A stretch of DNA of 64,000 nt from Chloroherpetonaceae bacterium (GCA_046719715.1 JBDNCJ010000004.1:15371-79370), one strand, 5' to 3'. Numbered from the stretch's first letter, positions 9,983 to 20,620 are shown. A program made the numbers and translations. The notes: generated by a model from the letters alone, not told the origin.

Positions 9983-10025
9983 GAAGCCTCTTTCTGCACC
10001 CGTCGGAAAGAGGCTTTTCGTTTTA
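9983..10025 (+). terminator. Riboswitch expression-platform intrinsic terminator
   Basis: Stem gaagcctctttc (9983-9994) pairs with gaaagaggctt (10006-10016) and is followed by ttcgtttta. The terminator 5' arm tctttctg (9989-9996) is exactly complementary to cagaaaga (9953-9960), which abuts P1, giving an antiterminator alternative. Confidence 0.75.
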
Positions 10026-10122
10026 TGAATCTTTTGTAAAAGATTTTTGAAGCAGTCTCTTTCTGATTGTCGCGCCCCAACGCCCTTCTTGCCGACGCGC
10101 TCGCTTTTTTTCCAACAACTAA

Positions 10123-11469
<1,347 letters not shown>

Positions 11470-11495
11470 TTCAGGTTTTAATCCTTGTTTGACGA

Positions 11496-11527
11496 AAAAG
11501 GCGGAAGCGGATTCCGCCTTTTGGTTT
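11496..11527 (+). terminator. Intrinsic terminator after metY
   Basis: aaaaaggcggaa-gcgga-ttccgcc followed by ttttggttt. Confidence 0.7.
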
Positions 11528-11632
11528 CAGCCTTTGCGCATTCTGCTTTTTCAAGTTCTGCCTTTGAAATTCGCCTTGAACTTCTCTATATTTGCGGCTC
11601 TTTTGAACAAAATTTTCAGATTAACGACATCA

Positions 11633-11914
11633 ATGCCACAACACAAATCAGCCGAAAAGCGTGTTCGTCAGTCCAAGCGACGCAATGCTTACAACAAGCA
11701 AAATAAGTCGGAAATGAAGTCGCTTATTAAAAGCGTCAAGAAAATCGTTGCCTCCAAAGGCTCGCCCGAAGAAGCGAACAAAGCCTTGAGCGCAACGTTC
11801 AAGAAACTCGATAAAATGGCGACAAAAGGCATCATTCATAAAAACAACGCGGCGAATAAAAAGTCGCAACTGACAAAACTCGTCAAGACGATTAGCGCAC
11901 CCGCACAAGTCTAA
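11633..11914 (+). CDS. rpsT: 30S ribosomal protein S20
   Basis: MPQHKSAEKRVRQSKRRNAYNKQNKSEMKS... is a classic S20 N-terminus. Only the last 93 codons of track ORF 11165..11914 are real; the rest overlaps metY and the terminator. Confidence 0.9.
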   Translation: MPQHKSAEKRVRQSKRRNAYNKQNKSEMKSLIKSVKKIVASKGSPEEANKALSATFKKLDKMATKGIIHKNNAANKKSQLTKLVKTISAPAQV

Positions 11915-11929
11915 ACGACACTCAAACCA

Positions 11930-11962
11930 AAGCCGAAGCCCGCAACTTCGGCTTTTCGTCTT
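11930..11962 (+). terminator. Intrinsic terminator after rpsT
   Basis: aagccgaag-cccgcaa-cttcggctt followed by ttcgtctttcc. Confidence 0.65.
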
Positions 11963-11992
11963 TCCAAGAACACACAACTCGCCCGTCTTCCG

Positions 11993-12592
11993 ATGCTTGC
12001 CTATCTTATCGGAACGCTTGCTGAAAAGTCTCCCGTTGAAGTCGTTATCGATGTGAGCGGAATCGGGTATGCTGTCAGCATCACCACTACTACGCATCAG
12101 CAACTTCCAGCACTCGGCGAAAAAGTCAAACTCTTTACTTACCTTCATCTCCGCGAAGATGCCGTTTCGCTCTATGGATTCGCCTCCGAAGAAGAGCGTC
12201 AAGTCTATAAACTGCTTTTGACAGTTTCAGGCGTCGGACCGAAAATGGCACAGTCTATTCTTTCAGGAATGAACGCGGGCGAACTTCGCGAAGCCATCAT
12301 CGGCAACAACATTCGCGCGCTCACCAACCTTTCAGGCGTCGGCAAGAAAACCGCCGAGCGCATTATGGTGGATTTACGCGATAAAATCACGAAGTTAGAC
12401 TTGAAGTCCTCAATCGCGCTTCCTGTTCAAAGCGACGCCCAACAAGCCCGAAGCGACGCTTATTCGGCACTGCTTGCGCTCGGCTACTCAAAACCCGTCG
12501 CCGAAAAAGCCCTGCGTGCCGCCATTACGGAGTCGCCGAACGCAAAAGTCGATGAACTCATCAAACTCGCCTTAAGAAATACGCAAGAATAA
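11993..12592 (+). CDS. ruvA: Holliday junction DNA helicase subunit RuvA
   Basis: 199 aa. MLAYLIGTL... OB-fold N-terminus, HhH region LLTVSGVGPKMAQSIL / LSGVGKKTAERI. Confidence 0.9.
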   Translation: MLAYLIGTLAEKSPVEVVIDVSGIGYAVSITTTTHQQLPALGEKVKLFTYLHLREDAVSLYGFASEEERQVYKLLLTVSGVGPKMAQSILSGMNAGELREAIIGNNIRALTNLSGVGKKTAERIMVDLRDKITKLDLKSSIALPVQSDAQQARSDAYSALLALGYSKPVAEKALRAAITESPNAKVDELIKLALRNTQE

Positions 12593-12613
12593 TTTTAACC
12601 GCACTTTACACCG

Positions 12614-13909
12614 ATGTTCACTTATCAAGACGCGATTGATTTTCTTTTCCCGCTTCATCGCTTTGGAATTAAGATGGGATTGGAAACGATGGAAACGCTT
12701 TGCAAGGCATTAGGCAATCCTGAGCGCAAGATGGGCAAAGTGATTCATGTGGCTGGCACAAACGGAAAAGGCTCGACGTCGGCACTCCTTGCCTCAATTG
12801 CCAAAGAGAGCGGCGAGAAAGTCGCGCTTTATACTTCCCCGCACCTTGTTGATTTTACCGAACGGATTCGCATCAATGGCGTTGCGATTCCAGAGGAAGC
12901 CGTTGCCGAATATACGCGCTTTCTGCGTCCGCTTGCCGAATCGACGGGCGCGACCTTTTTTGAAATCACCACCGCGATTGCGTTCAAATACTTCGCCGAT
13001 AGCAACGCCACGCTTTCCGTCGTTGAAGTCGGCATGGGCGGAAGGCTCGACGCCACCAACGTCGTTCAGCCGCACCTGTGCGTCATTACGCCGATTGGAC
13101 TCGACCACACCGAGTGGCTCGGCAACGATATTCCCACGATTGCACTTGAAAAAGCCGGCATCATCAAGCAAAGCGCAAGAACCATTCTCTCGCATCAAAC
13201 GCTCGACGCGATGGAAGTTTTGACGCGCATCGCCAAAGAGAAGAAATCTAAACTTACGATTGCGCCGTCCGTTACGCGCATTGGTTCGGCGACAAGTTCC
13301 ATCGGCAAGATGCGATTCCACTTGCATAGCGCGCGTCAAAGTTACTACGGCTTGGAAACGCCGCTTTGGGCGGAATATCAACAGGAGAATTTGCGCACCG
13401 CGATTGTCGCCGCAGAATTTTTGAACTTTACCGAAGGCGCAATTCGACAAGGGTTGCTGAACGTGATTGAAAATACAGGGCTTCGCGCCCGATTGGAAGT
13501 TGTTTCGCGTCGCCCGCTGGTGTTGCTTGACGTTTCGCACAACCCGCACGGCGTTGAAGCGACGGTTGAAGCATTGAAAAAACATCGAGCCGAATTTGAA
13601 AATCTGTTCGTCGTCTTTGGGGCGATGCAGGATAAAGATGTCAAAGGTATGCTGACCAAACTTGGCGAAGTGGCTTCGAGATTTTTCTTCGCCGCACCTC
13701 AAACCGACCGTGCGCTTTCAGCGACCTATCTCGAAAACCTCGCTGGCGAATTGCATCTTAACGGAACGGCGTTTGCCTCAACTGCCGACGCCATTTCCGC
13801 CGCAAAGTCCGTCGCAAGTGCATCGGATTTAATTTTGACGACCGGCTCGTTTTACCTTGCAGGCGAAGCCCTCCCTCAATTTCCGACGGTTCACCAGGTA
13901 GTGCTATAA
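12614..13909 (+). CDS. folC: Folylpolyglutamate synthase / dihydrofolate synthase
   Basis: 431 aa. Mur-ligase fold with P-loop HVAGTNGKGST. Confidence 0.88.
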   Translation: MFTYQDAIDFLFPLHRFGIKMGLETMETLCKALGNPERKMGKVIHVAGTNGKGSTSALLASIAKESGEKVALYTSPHLVDFTERIRINGVAIPEEAVAEYTRFLRPLAESTGATFFEITTAIAFKYFADSNATLSVVEVGMGGRLDATNVVQPHLCVITPIGLDHTEWLGNDIPTIALEKAGIIKQSARTILSHQTLDAMEVLTRIAKEKKSKLTIAPSVTRIGSATSSIGKMRFHLHSARQSYYGLETPLWAEYQQENLRTAIVAAEFLNFTEGAIRQGLLNVIENTGLRARLEVVSRRPLVLLDVSHNPHGVEATVEALKKHRAEFENLFVVFGAMQDKDVKGMLTKLGEVASRFFFAAPQTDRALSATYLENLAGELHLNGTAFASTADAISAAKSVASASDLILTTGSFYLAGEALPQFPTVHQVVL

Positions 13910-13933
13910 AAATGTGTTCGTTATTATATCGTG

Positions 13934-14103
13934 GTCATTCCGAGCATAGCGAGGAATCCAAACGAGTTGAGAGTTGAGAGTGAAAAGTGAAGCGATGAAA
14001 ATTGAGCATCTACACGCTTAACTATCCACGATTCACGGTTTTGGATTCTTCCGCTTCACTTCGTTCAGGGTCAGAATGATACACAAAAACAATCGTCCAT
14101 GTT
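13934..14103. repeat. Inverted pair of family-1 repeats flanking a short spacer (MITE-like architecture)
   Basis: gtcattccgagcatagcgaggaatcc at 13934-13959. Its partner ggattcttccgcttcacttcgttcagggtcagaatgat...gtccatgtt at 14043-14103 is the reverse complement of the 20736-type unit. The spacer holds gagttgagagttgagagtgaaaagtgaag, the complement of the 3390-3430 motif. Confidence 0.8.
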
Positions 14104-14121
14104 ATCTGCATACTTATCCAG

Positions 14122-14152
14122 AAATAAAAAAGCGACCCGTGAAGGTCGCTTC
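14122..14152 (-). terminator. Intrinsic terminator after lipoprotein gene (minus strand)
   Basis: agcgacc-cgtgaa-ggtcgct palindrome. On the minus strand it is followed by ttttttatttc. Confidence 0.7.
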
Positions 14153-14172
14153 TTTGCAGTTGCTTGATGAGA

Positions 14173-14736
14173 TTACTTTTCTTGTTTTTCGATTTCCCGC
14201 TCTAAATCTGCAAAGGCTTTGGAAGCGCGATAGCGTGTATAGGCTTGCTCGTTCTTCTTGATTTCGTCGATGAGTGCGCGTTTTGCCGCTTCGGTGGAGT
14301 ATTCAACAAGCACGTAGGCACGAAAGAGATTGCCATCGCGAACAATTTGCTGTTTGGCGATGCGCGTGCCGGTAAGTTTCGTGTTGACGATGTTCTTCTC
14401 GACTTCTGTGGACATTTGCAACAGTTGCGGGTCTTGTCCCGTGCCAGTTTCTTCGCGGAATTTTGCCATTAAGCCTTGCACGGTGGTTTCAACTTGGCGG
14501 GCGATGTTGGAGCGGGCGGCGGTTTCGGCTTTGTTGATGGCGAACTGCATATCTTGGGAGACTTCGGTTGCCGCGCCGTAAAGCATTTTGGGATTGTCGG
14601 GATTATTATCGCGCGGCGGATTCATGAACCAATCGGGAATATCGCCGAGGTCGGCTTTTTGAATGGCTTTTTGCCCGCCACACCCAATCGTGACTACGAG
14701 GAGAAGAAGAAGTGAAAAAAAAGTGATGTGTCGCAT
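14173..14736 (-). CDS. Putative lipoprotein (LPP20-like)
   Basis: 187 aa. Signal peptide plus lipobox LLLVVTIGC. Family assignment is tentative. Confidence 0.65.
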   Translation of the reverse strand: MRHITFFSLLLLLVVTIGCGGQKAIQKADLGDIPDWFMNPPRDNNPDNPKMLYGAATEVSQDMQFAINKAETAARSNIARQVETTVQGLMAKFREETGTGQDPQLLQMSTEVEKNIVNTKLTGTRIAKQQIVRDGNLFRAYVLVEYSTEAAKRALIDEIKKNEQAYTRYRASKAFADLEREIEKQEK

Positions 14737-14877
14737 GATAAACGATGTTTAAGTTGTTGGAAGTGTCTTTGTTTTCTCTTTGTTGAAACGACACAAAGTT
14801 ACGCTTTTGAAAGGAAAGATGTTGCGCATCAATCGCCCCAATCAAGCAGCAGGCGTCAAGAAGATGAGATGGAAGGA

Positions 14878-15834
14878 TTAAAGTGAGGAGGATTGCTCCG
14901 ATGTGCTTTCGCGCCGACTAACTTCTTCAAGCATATCCAAAATTTCTGAAGCGTCGCTTTGCGAGATTGAACCTTTGTGGATAGCAACCCGAACGGTTTC
15001 AACGGCGAAAGCGGCATAAATGGGGAGTAAGTGAGGAACTTGTTCGGAAAGTTCGCGCAAGTGTCGAGCAATGACTTGCGAGTCGCCGCGCTCAATCGGT
15101 CCGGTTAGCGCATCGGCAATGGTCGGCGCGGCGGCAATATTGTTCAGCGTCTGGCGCATAATTGGCTCGATGATTTTCGCAACCTCTTTCGGTGTCAGCC
15201 CAAGCGTGGCGAAAACTTCCGACGACAAACTTGCGAGCGTTACAAGGTAATTGCTTGCCATCACGCCCGCAATGTGATAAAGCGTCTTCGCTTCTTTGGG
15301 AACAATCATCACTTTTCCGCCCAAGTCGTGCGCGATTTTTTTTCCAATGTCGATGCCTTCAAGGTCATCGGATTGTAAGCCGAAGAAACATTTGAAGAGC
15401 GATTCGGCGGCTTGCGACGAAAGCCCTTTTGGAAAGGTTTGAAACGGGTGAAGCGAAAGTGTCAGCGAGCCTTTTTGAGAGAGGGGACGAAGCACATCGG
15501 TCGAGAGCGCGCCCGAAAACTGCACGACTGTCAAGCGATGGAATGGAAGGTGAAGGGTTGTTAATTGTTCGGCAACCGACGCTAAGGCTGAATCCGAGAC
15601 CGTCAGAAAAAGAAGATTGGTGTCTGGCGAAATCGCCTCGAGCGTGTCGGAATACTCTGAAACGCCGAGACCAACGGCAAGGGCTTGTGCATCGCTCATC
15701 GTGCGATTGACGACGGAAAGAAATCGGTAGCCAACACTCGAAAGCCGCTTCGCAATCGCATTGCCAAGTGCACCCGCGCCGACAATTGAGACGCGAAAAT
15801 CTTTGGTGTTCAGCGTATTCGGCACGGAAAGCAT
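14878..15834 (-). CDS. Rossmann-fold oxidoreductase, DUF2520 family (possible PanG-like ketopantoate reductase)
   Basis: VSIVGAGALGNAIAKRL dinucleotide-binding motif and LTGPIERGD motif typical of DUF2520. Start at M13 (15834) is preferred; the track start at 15870 is possible. Confidence 0.7.
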   Translation of the reverse strand: MLSVPNTLNTKDFRVSIVGAGALGNAIAKRLSSVGYRFLSVVNRTMSDAQALAVGLGVSEYSDTLEAISPDTNLLFLTVSDSALASVAEQLTTLHLPFHRLTVVQFSGALSTDVLRPLSQKGSLTLSLHPFQTFPKGLSSQAAESLFKCFFGLQSDDLEGIDIGKKIAHDLGGKVMIVPKEAKTLYHIAGVMASNYLVTLASLSSEVFATLGLTPKEVAKIIEPIMRQTLNNIAAAPTIADALTGPIERGDSQVIARHLRELSEQVPHLLPIYAAFAVETVRVAIHKGSISQSDASEILDMLEEVSRRESTSEQSSSL

Positions 15835-16114
15835 TGGAAATGAAAAGTAATTTAGTTTGACCCGAAGCAATTGGCTCTAAAATACTCAATCAAGCGATGC
15901 GCAACAAACCTCAAAAAAGTTGAAATTTTTTTCGAAACATGGGAACTCTTTGAAAAGCATATCGTAAATAAAGCCAAAAGTTCTTTACAAGTTTGAAGTG
16001 TCTGACGACACGCAACCTGCCGAGAGGAATCTTACATTACCTTCCGACACTTTGCCTCTATCTGCCAGACTTCCAAAAGCAACGCTTAAATCGCAAAAAT
16101 TTTAGGAGGTCATC

Positions 16115-16507
16115 ATGAAAAGCATTGTGAAATTCCCGCTCTTTTTCGCCTTACTCGCCGTCGTAATGCTACTCACTGCCGCAAAAACTGCTGAAACTAC
16201 CGCGTGGAGTGATTGGATTTCAATTAGAGACGGACAGCAAAACTTACTTTCCTACCGCTATCAACATCTCAACGACCGCGCCATTCAATTTGAAGTTAAA
16301 AACGATTACGACCAAGACGCGAAATTTTATCTTGAAATCAACACGCGCTGGGACTGGTTGCCCTACGGAAAAGAGGTTGATTATGTGTATGGAAGTTTCA
16401 AAGTAGACGCGCGACAAGTCTTCACGCAACCCATTCGTGGCTCTGCGGTTATTGGCGTGAAGGTCAAGAATTTGGTTTTGAGAGAATCGGTCAATCCACC
16501 GTTGTAA
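16115..16507 (+). CDS. Small secreted hypothetical protein
   Basis: 130 aa. AGGAGG Shine-Dalgarno 7 nt upstream, clear signal peptide MKSIVKFPLFFALLAVVMLLTAA, and its own terminator downstream. Confidence 0.7.
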   Translation: MKSIVKFPLFFALLAVVMLLTAAKTAETTAWSDWISIRDGQQNLLSYRYQHLNDRAIQFEVKNDYDQDAKFYLEINTRWDWLPYGKEVDYVYGSFKVDARQVFTQPIRGSAVIGVKVKNLVLRESVNPPL

Positions 16508-16561
16508 TCCTTCGGGAGCAAGAACGGATACACAATCAGCGATACCCAATGCGTATCGCCC

Positions 16562-16596
16562 AGCGCACGGAGTGAAGCCGTGCGCTTTTTGTTTTG
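16562..16596 (+). terminator. Intrinsic terminator
   Basis: agcgcacgg-agtgaag-ccgtgcgct followed by ttttgtttt. It lies inside the track's extended start of the next ORF and argues for the 16682 start. Confidence 0.8.
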
Positions 16597-16681
16597 CATC
16601 GGTTTGAAGTGCATCGCGCTTATTTCCAATGAAAGTGGAAAATTCTTATGTTCAACTCGAAAGTCTATAAACACACAACCG

Positions 16682-18670
16682 ATGGAACATCAAAATTCGA
16701 TTGAAACCGAGTTGCTTTCATCGTCAAAAGAAGCGGCACAAGTCAATGACTTGAATGCGCAAAGTTGGGCGGCGCACTTTCAAAATCCGAAACAAGCACT
16801 CAAACTGAGTCAGGACGCGCTTGCGCTTTCGGAGCAAATCAACTATGTGAAAGGTAAAGCGTATAGCCGACTTAATCAGGGCATTGCATATTGGGTTTTG
16901 GGAGAAATTACGGAAGCAAAAGCGCGCTTACTTCAAGCCGTCAAAGAAATGTCGGAGATGGGCGATGAACTCGGCGAAGCCAAAGCCGTTAATTGGCTTG
17001 GAAACGTCTACGAGCGATTAGGAAATGATATTGAAGCCCTCAACTGCCACTTGCGTGCTATGGAACTGCGCGAAAAAAACAGCGACACCGAAGGCGTCGG
17101 CGCAAGTTTGAACAACCTCGGCAACCTCTATCTCCGCTTGGAAGATTACCCCACCGCACTCTCCTATTACTTCAAAGCATTAGAAATTCGTGAGCAACTT
17201 AAAGACGAAGAAGGTCAGGCGGCAACACTGACGAACATCGGCATTATCTACTATCGATTAGGAAAAATTGCCGAAGCCCGAGACTACGGATTGCGCGGCG
17301 TCGAGCGATTTCGCCGATGTAAAAACCTTCAAGGCTACGCCAATGTGCTTAATAATCTTGGACTTGTTTATGTCAAACTTGGTGAGGACGATAAAGCCAT
17401 TCGCTTCTACAATGAATGTCGTGAAATTTACGCCGAGCTCAGCGACAAGCAAGGCGAAGCCAACGCACTCAACAATCTCGGATTGCTCTTCGTCAAGAAA
17501 GGAAAGCACAGCGACGCGCTCTCGTATTACGAAAAAAGTTTAGAGATTACGCGGCAAGTCGGCGATAAACTCTTCGAGGCGGAAACCTTGCTCAACATTG
17601 GAAAATTCTATAAGCAGGAAAGTCAAGATGAACAAGCGACGGAAAAGGCGTTGGACTATCTGCTCAAAGCGCGCGAGGCGGCGATAGAACTGCGCTCCAA
17701 AAAATATCTGGCTGAAATCAACAAAGAACTTTCCGCAATTTTCGAAGCCAAAGGCGACCTCAAACAAGCCTTCGCTTACTTCAAAATTTTTCAACAAGCC
17801 CACGCCCAAGTGCTCGAAGAAAAAAGCGAAGAACGATTGCACGCCTTGATTGCGCGCAACGACCTTCAAAAGGCGATGCAAGCCGCTGAAATTTATCGTC
17901 TGAAAAACATCGAACTCGCCAAAGCCAATGAAATGCTCGCAGAAGCCAATACTGCCCTCAAAGAAGCCAATCAACTTAAAAGCGAACTCTTAGCGATTGC
18001 GGCGCACGACCTCAAAAATCCGCTCACGGCGATTTTAGATTTTATACAAGGTGTTTTATCTACACCCGAGCCGCAACAGCAACAGCGACTGCTTTACCTC
18101 ACGATTGAGTTTGTAGAGCGAATGCTCGCCAGCATCGAGATGGTATTGGAAATGAGCGAAATTGATAGTGGGAATATTGTGCTTAACCGCAAAAAGGTTG
18201 ATGTCGGACAGCTCGCCATGCTCGTCGTCGCTGGCTATGAACATCGCGCCGCAAAAAAACGCATCAACATACACGAAGAGATTGAAGAAAGCGTAACCGC
18301 GTTTGTCGATGAAGACAGACTGCGTGAAATTCTCGATAACCTCATCTCCAACGCGATTAAGTATTCTCACCCAGAAAAATCGGTGGTTGTACGCGTCGCG
18401 CGGCTCGAGCGCGGCGAAAAGATGAATCAGCCCGTTGTTCAAATCGCCATCTGCGACGAAGGGCAAGGCTTCTCGGAAGAAGAGAAAAGTCGGCTGTTTC
18501 AACGCTTTCAGCGGCTTTCGGCAAAGCCGACAGGAGGCGAGTCAAGCACGGGGCTTGGGCTTGCCATCGTCAAGCAACTCATTGAACTGCACGGCGGCAC
18601 AATTTGGGCGCACTCCGACGGGAAGGATAAAGGAGCGCGTTTCACGATTGAATTACCGATAAAAAATTGA
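16682..18670 (+). CDS. Soluble TPR-repeat sensor histidine kinase (paralog 2)
   Basis: MEHQNSIE... start. About 8 TPR_12-like 40-aa repeats (LNNLGNLYLRLEDYPTALSYYFKALEIREQLKDEEGQA...). Coiled coil, H-box LLAIAAHDLKNPLTAI, and FQRFQRLSAKPTGGESSTGLGL ATP-lid. Confidence 0.9.
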   Translation: MEHQNSIETELLSSSKEAAQVNDLNAQSWAAHFQNPKQALKLSQDALALSEQINYVKGKAYSRLNQGIAYWVLGEITEAKARLLQAVKEMSEMGDELGEAKAVNWLGNVYERLGNDIEALNCHLRAMELREKNSDTEGVGASLNNLGNLYLRLEDYPTALSYYFKALEIREQLKDEEGQAATLTNIGIIYYRLGKIAEARDYGLRGVERFRRCKNLQGYANVLNNLGLVYVKLGEDDKAIRFYNECREIYAELSDKQGEANALNNLGLLFVKKGKHSDALSYYEKSLEITRQVGDKLFEAETLLNIGKFYKQESQDEQATEKALDYLLKAREAAIELRSKKYLAEINKELSAIFEAKGDLKQAFAYFKIFQQAHAQVLEEKSEERLHALIARNDLQKAMQAAEIYRLKNIELAKANEMLAEANTALKEANQLKSELLAIAAHDLKNPLTAILDFIQGVLSTPEPQQQQRLLYLTIEFVERMLASIEMVLEMSEIDSGNIVLNRKKVDVGQLAMLVVAGYEHRAAKKRINIHEEIEESVTAFVDEDRLREILDNLISNAIKYSHPEKSVVVRVARLERGEKMNQPVVQIAICDEGQGFSEEEKSRLFQRFQRLSAKPTGGESSTGLGLAIVKQLIELHGGTIWAHSDGKDKGARFTIELPIKN

Positions 18671-18694
18671 AGTTGAACCATCTCTAAAAAAACC

Positions 18695-20620
18695 ATGTCG
18701 TATCAAGTCTCACAAAGCGTTGAAGAGCAAGTCGATGCACTCAACGACCAAGCATGGTCGCTCCGCTACATCGATACAGCAAGCGCAATCGAAATCTCAG
18801 GAACTGCCTATCAACTCGCACAACAAATTGGTTACAAGCGCGGGCTCGCCTATAGCTTGCGCAATGAAGGCACGTGCAGTCAAATTCTCGCCCAATATGA
18901 AGACGCGCTCATCAAATCTATTGAAGCGTTAGGGCTGTTTGAAGAAGAAAACGACGCGCAAGGTCAGGCGTCCGTTCTAAACACTATTGGGGTTTCTTAC
19001 GAAAACTTAGGCGCGTTTGCCAACGCGCTCGACTATTACCTCGAATCGCTCCGAATTAACGAAGAAGCAAGCGATGATAAAGGAATGGCGACGGCTTACA
19101 ACAACATTGGAAACATCTATCAGAAACAAGGCGAGTTTGAAAGTGCGCTTCAGTATCATCTCAAAAGCTTGGAACTCAAAGAGAAAACGGGCGACGGGTT
19201 CGGGCAAGTACGCTCGCTTTCAAACATCGGCAACGTTTATGAACGCTTGGGCGACGTCGGCAACTCGCTTGATTTCTACATCAGAAGCATGAATCTTGCC
19301 GAAGAAGTCGGCGACAAACTCGGCTGGGCAAACGCGGTTTTGAACATCGGCACGTTTTACCATCTCATCGGCAATTATGAACAATCCCTTGATTATTTGA
19401 ACAAAAGTCTCGCGCTCTTTGAGCAATACGACGACAAACAAAGCATCGCGCTTGCGCTCAACAACATCGGTGCCGTCTATCACAGCATCGGACATTATTC
19501 CAAAGCAGGTCAATTTATTCACGATGCGCTTGCGATTGCGCAGCGCATTAATGCGCTGGAACTCATTTGCAACGCATATAAATCGCTTGCGGCGGTTTAT
19601 GAATTGGAAGGCAATTTTGTAGATGCGTTGGAGTATCATAAAAAGTATGAAGCGTGCCGAGAAGAGATTTACAATCAAGAGGCGACGCGCAAAATTCGCA
19701 GTTTGCAGATGAAGTTCGAGGTCGAGCGCGTCGAGCGTGAAAAGAAAATTTTTCAACTCCGAAACGTGGAACTCAAAAAAGCCAATGAAGCCTTATCGAA
19801 CGCGCTGAAAGAAGCGGAGAGGCTTCGCAAATTGGCTGACGCACAGCGCGAGCAAGCCGAGCGACAACAAAGGATTGCCGAGCAAGCAAACGCCGTTAAA
19901 ACCGAATTTCTCGGAATCGCCGCACACGACTTGCGCAATCCGCTCTCGGTGATTGCCGGCTTTGCGGGTGTCATCGAAGAAAACCTCGACAATCTCAAAG
20001 GAAAACAAAACGCGCCGTCGCAACTCGGAGAACTGGGCGAGATGGTTTCCGCCATCAAGCGAAATTCCCAACGCATGTCGAAACTCATTTCCGACTTGCT
20101 CGACATCTCCGCCATGGAGCAGGGCAAGGTTGAACTCTTGATTCAGCCCATCGACCTCTCCATTATCGTCGCTTCCGTTGCAAACAATCAACGTCAAAAC
20201 GCCGAACGCAAAAAGCAACGCGTTAAACTTGACCTCGCTCCAAACTGCCTTGCGCGATGCGATTACGACCGCCTGTTCGACGTCATCGACAATCTCCTCT
20301 CAAACGCCGTCAAGTATTCCCCAAATGGAAAAACCATCTGGATTAAAACCTCGAAAGTTCCGGAAAAAAGCATCGCGGTTTTGGAAGTCCGTGATGAAGG
20401 ATTAGGATTCACGGAAGAAGACAAAGCCAAAATGTTCGGGAAGTTTCAACGGCTTTCGGCGCGACCAACAGCGGGCGAATCCTCAACGGGATTGGGGCTT
20501 TCCATCGTCAAACAAGTGGTCGAGCTTCATGGCGGAAGGGTGTATGCACACAGCGACGGGCGGAACAAAGGCGCGGTGTTCGTCATTGAACTCCCGCTTG
20601 CAAGCGAACAAGAACCTTAA
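18695..20620 (+). CDS. Soluble TPR-repeat sensor histidine kinase (paralog 3)
   Basis: 641 aa, 24 nt after paralog 2. Same architecture: H-box FLGIAAHDLRNPLSVI and FGKFQRLSARPTAGESSTGLGL. Confidence 0.9.
   Translation: MSYQVSQSVEEQVDALNDQAWSLRYIDTASAIEISGTAYQLAQQIGYKRGLAYSLRNEGTCSQILAQYEDALIKSIEALGLFEEENDAQGQASVLNTIGVSYENLGAFANALDYYLESLRINEEASDDKGMATAYNNIGNIYQKQGEFESALQYHLKSLELKEKTGDGFGQVRSLSNIGNVYERLGDVGNSLDFYIRSMNLAEEVGDKLGWANAVLNIGTFYHLIGNYEQSLDYLNKSLALFEQYDDKQSIALALNNIGAVYHSIGHYSKAGQFIHDALAIAQRINALELICNAYKSLAAVYELEGNFVDALEYHKKYEACREEIYNQEATRKIRSLQMKFEVERVEREKKIFQLRNVELKKANEALSNALKEAERLRKLADAQREQAERQQRIAEQANAVKTEFLGIAAHDLRNPLSVIAGFAGVIEENLDNLKGKQNAPSQLGELGEMVSAIKRNSQRMSKLISDLLDISAMEQGKVELLIQPIDLSIIVASVANNQRQNAERKKQRVKLDLAPNCLARCDYDRLFDVIDNLLSNAVKYSPNGKTIWIKTSKVPEKSIAVLEVRDEGLGFTEEDKAKMFGKFQRLSARPTAGESSTGLGLSIVKQVVELHGGRVYAHSDGRNKGAVFVIELPLASEQEP

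Noticed and set aside
9760-9984. 74-aa ORF upstream of metY
   Set aside because: Coincides with the SAM-I riboswitch aptamer and ends at its terminator. The sequence is explained by RNA structure.
12794-13702. 302-aa minus-strand ORF
   Set aside because: Antisense to folC, Arg-rich and low-complexity. No support.
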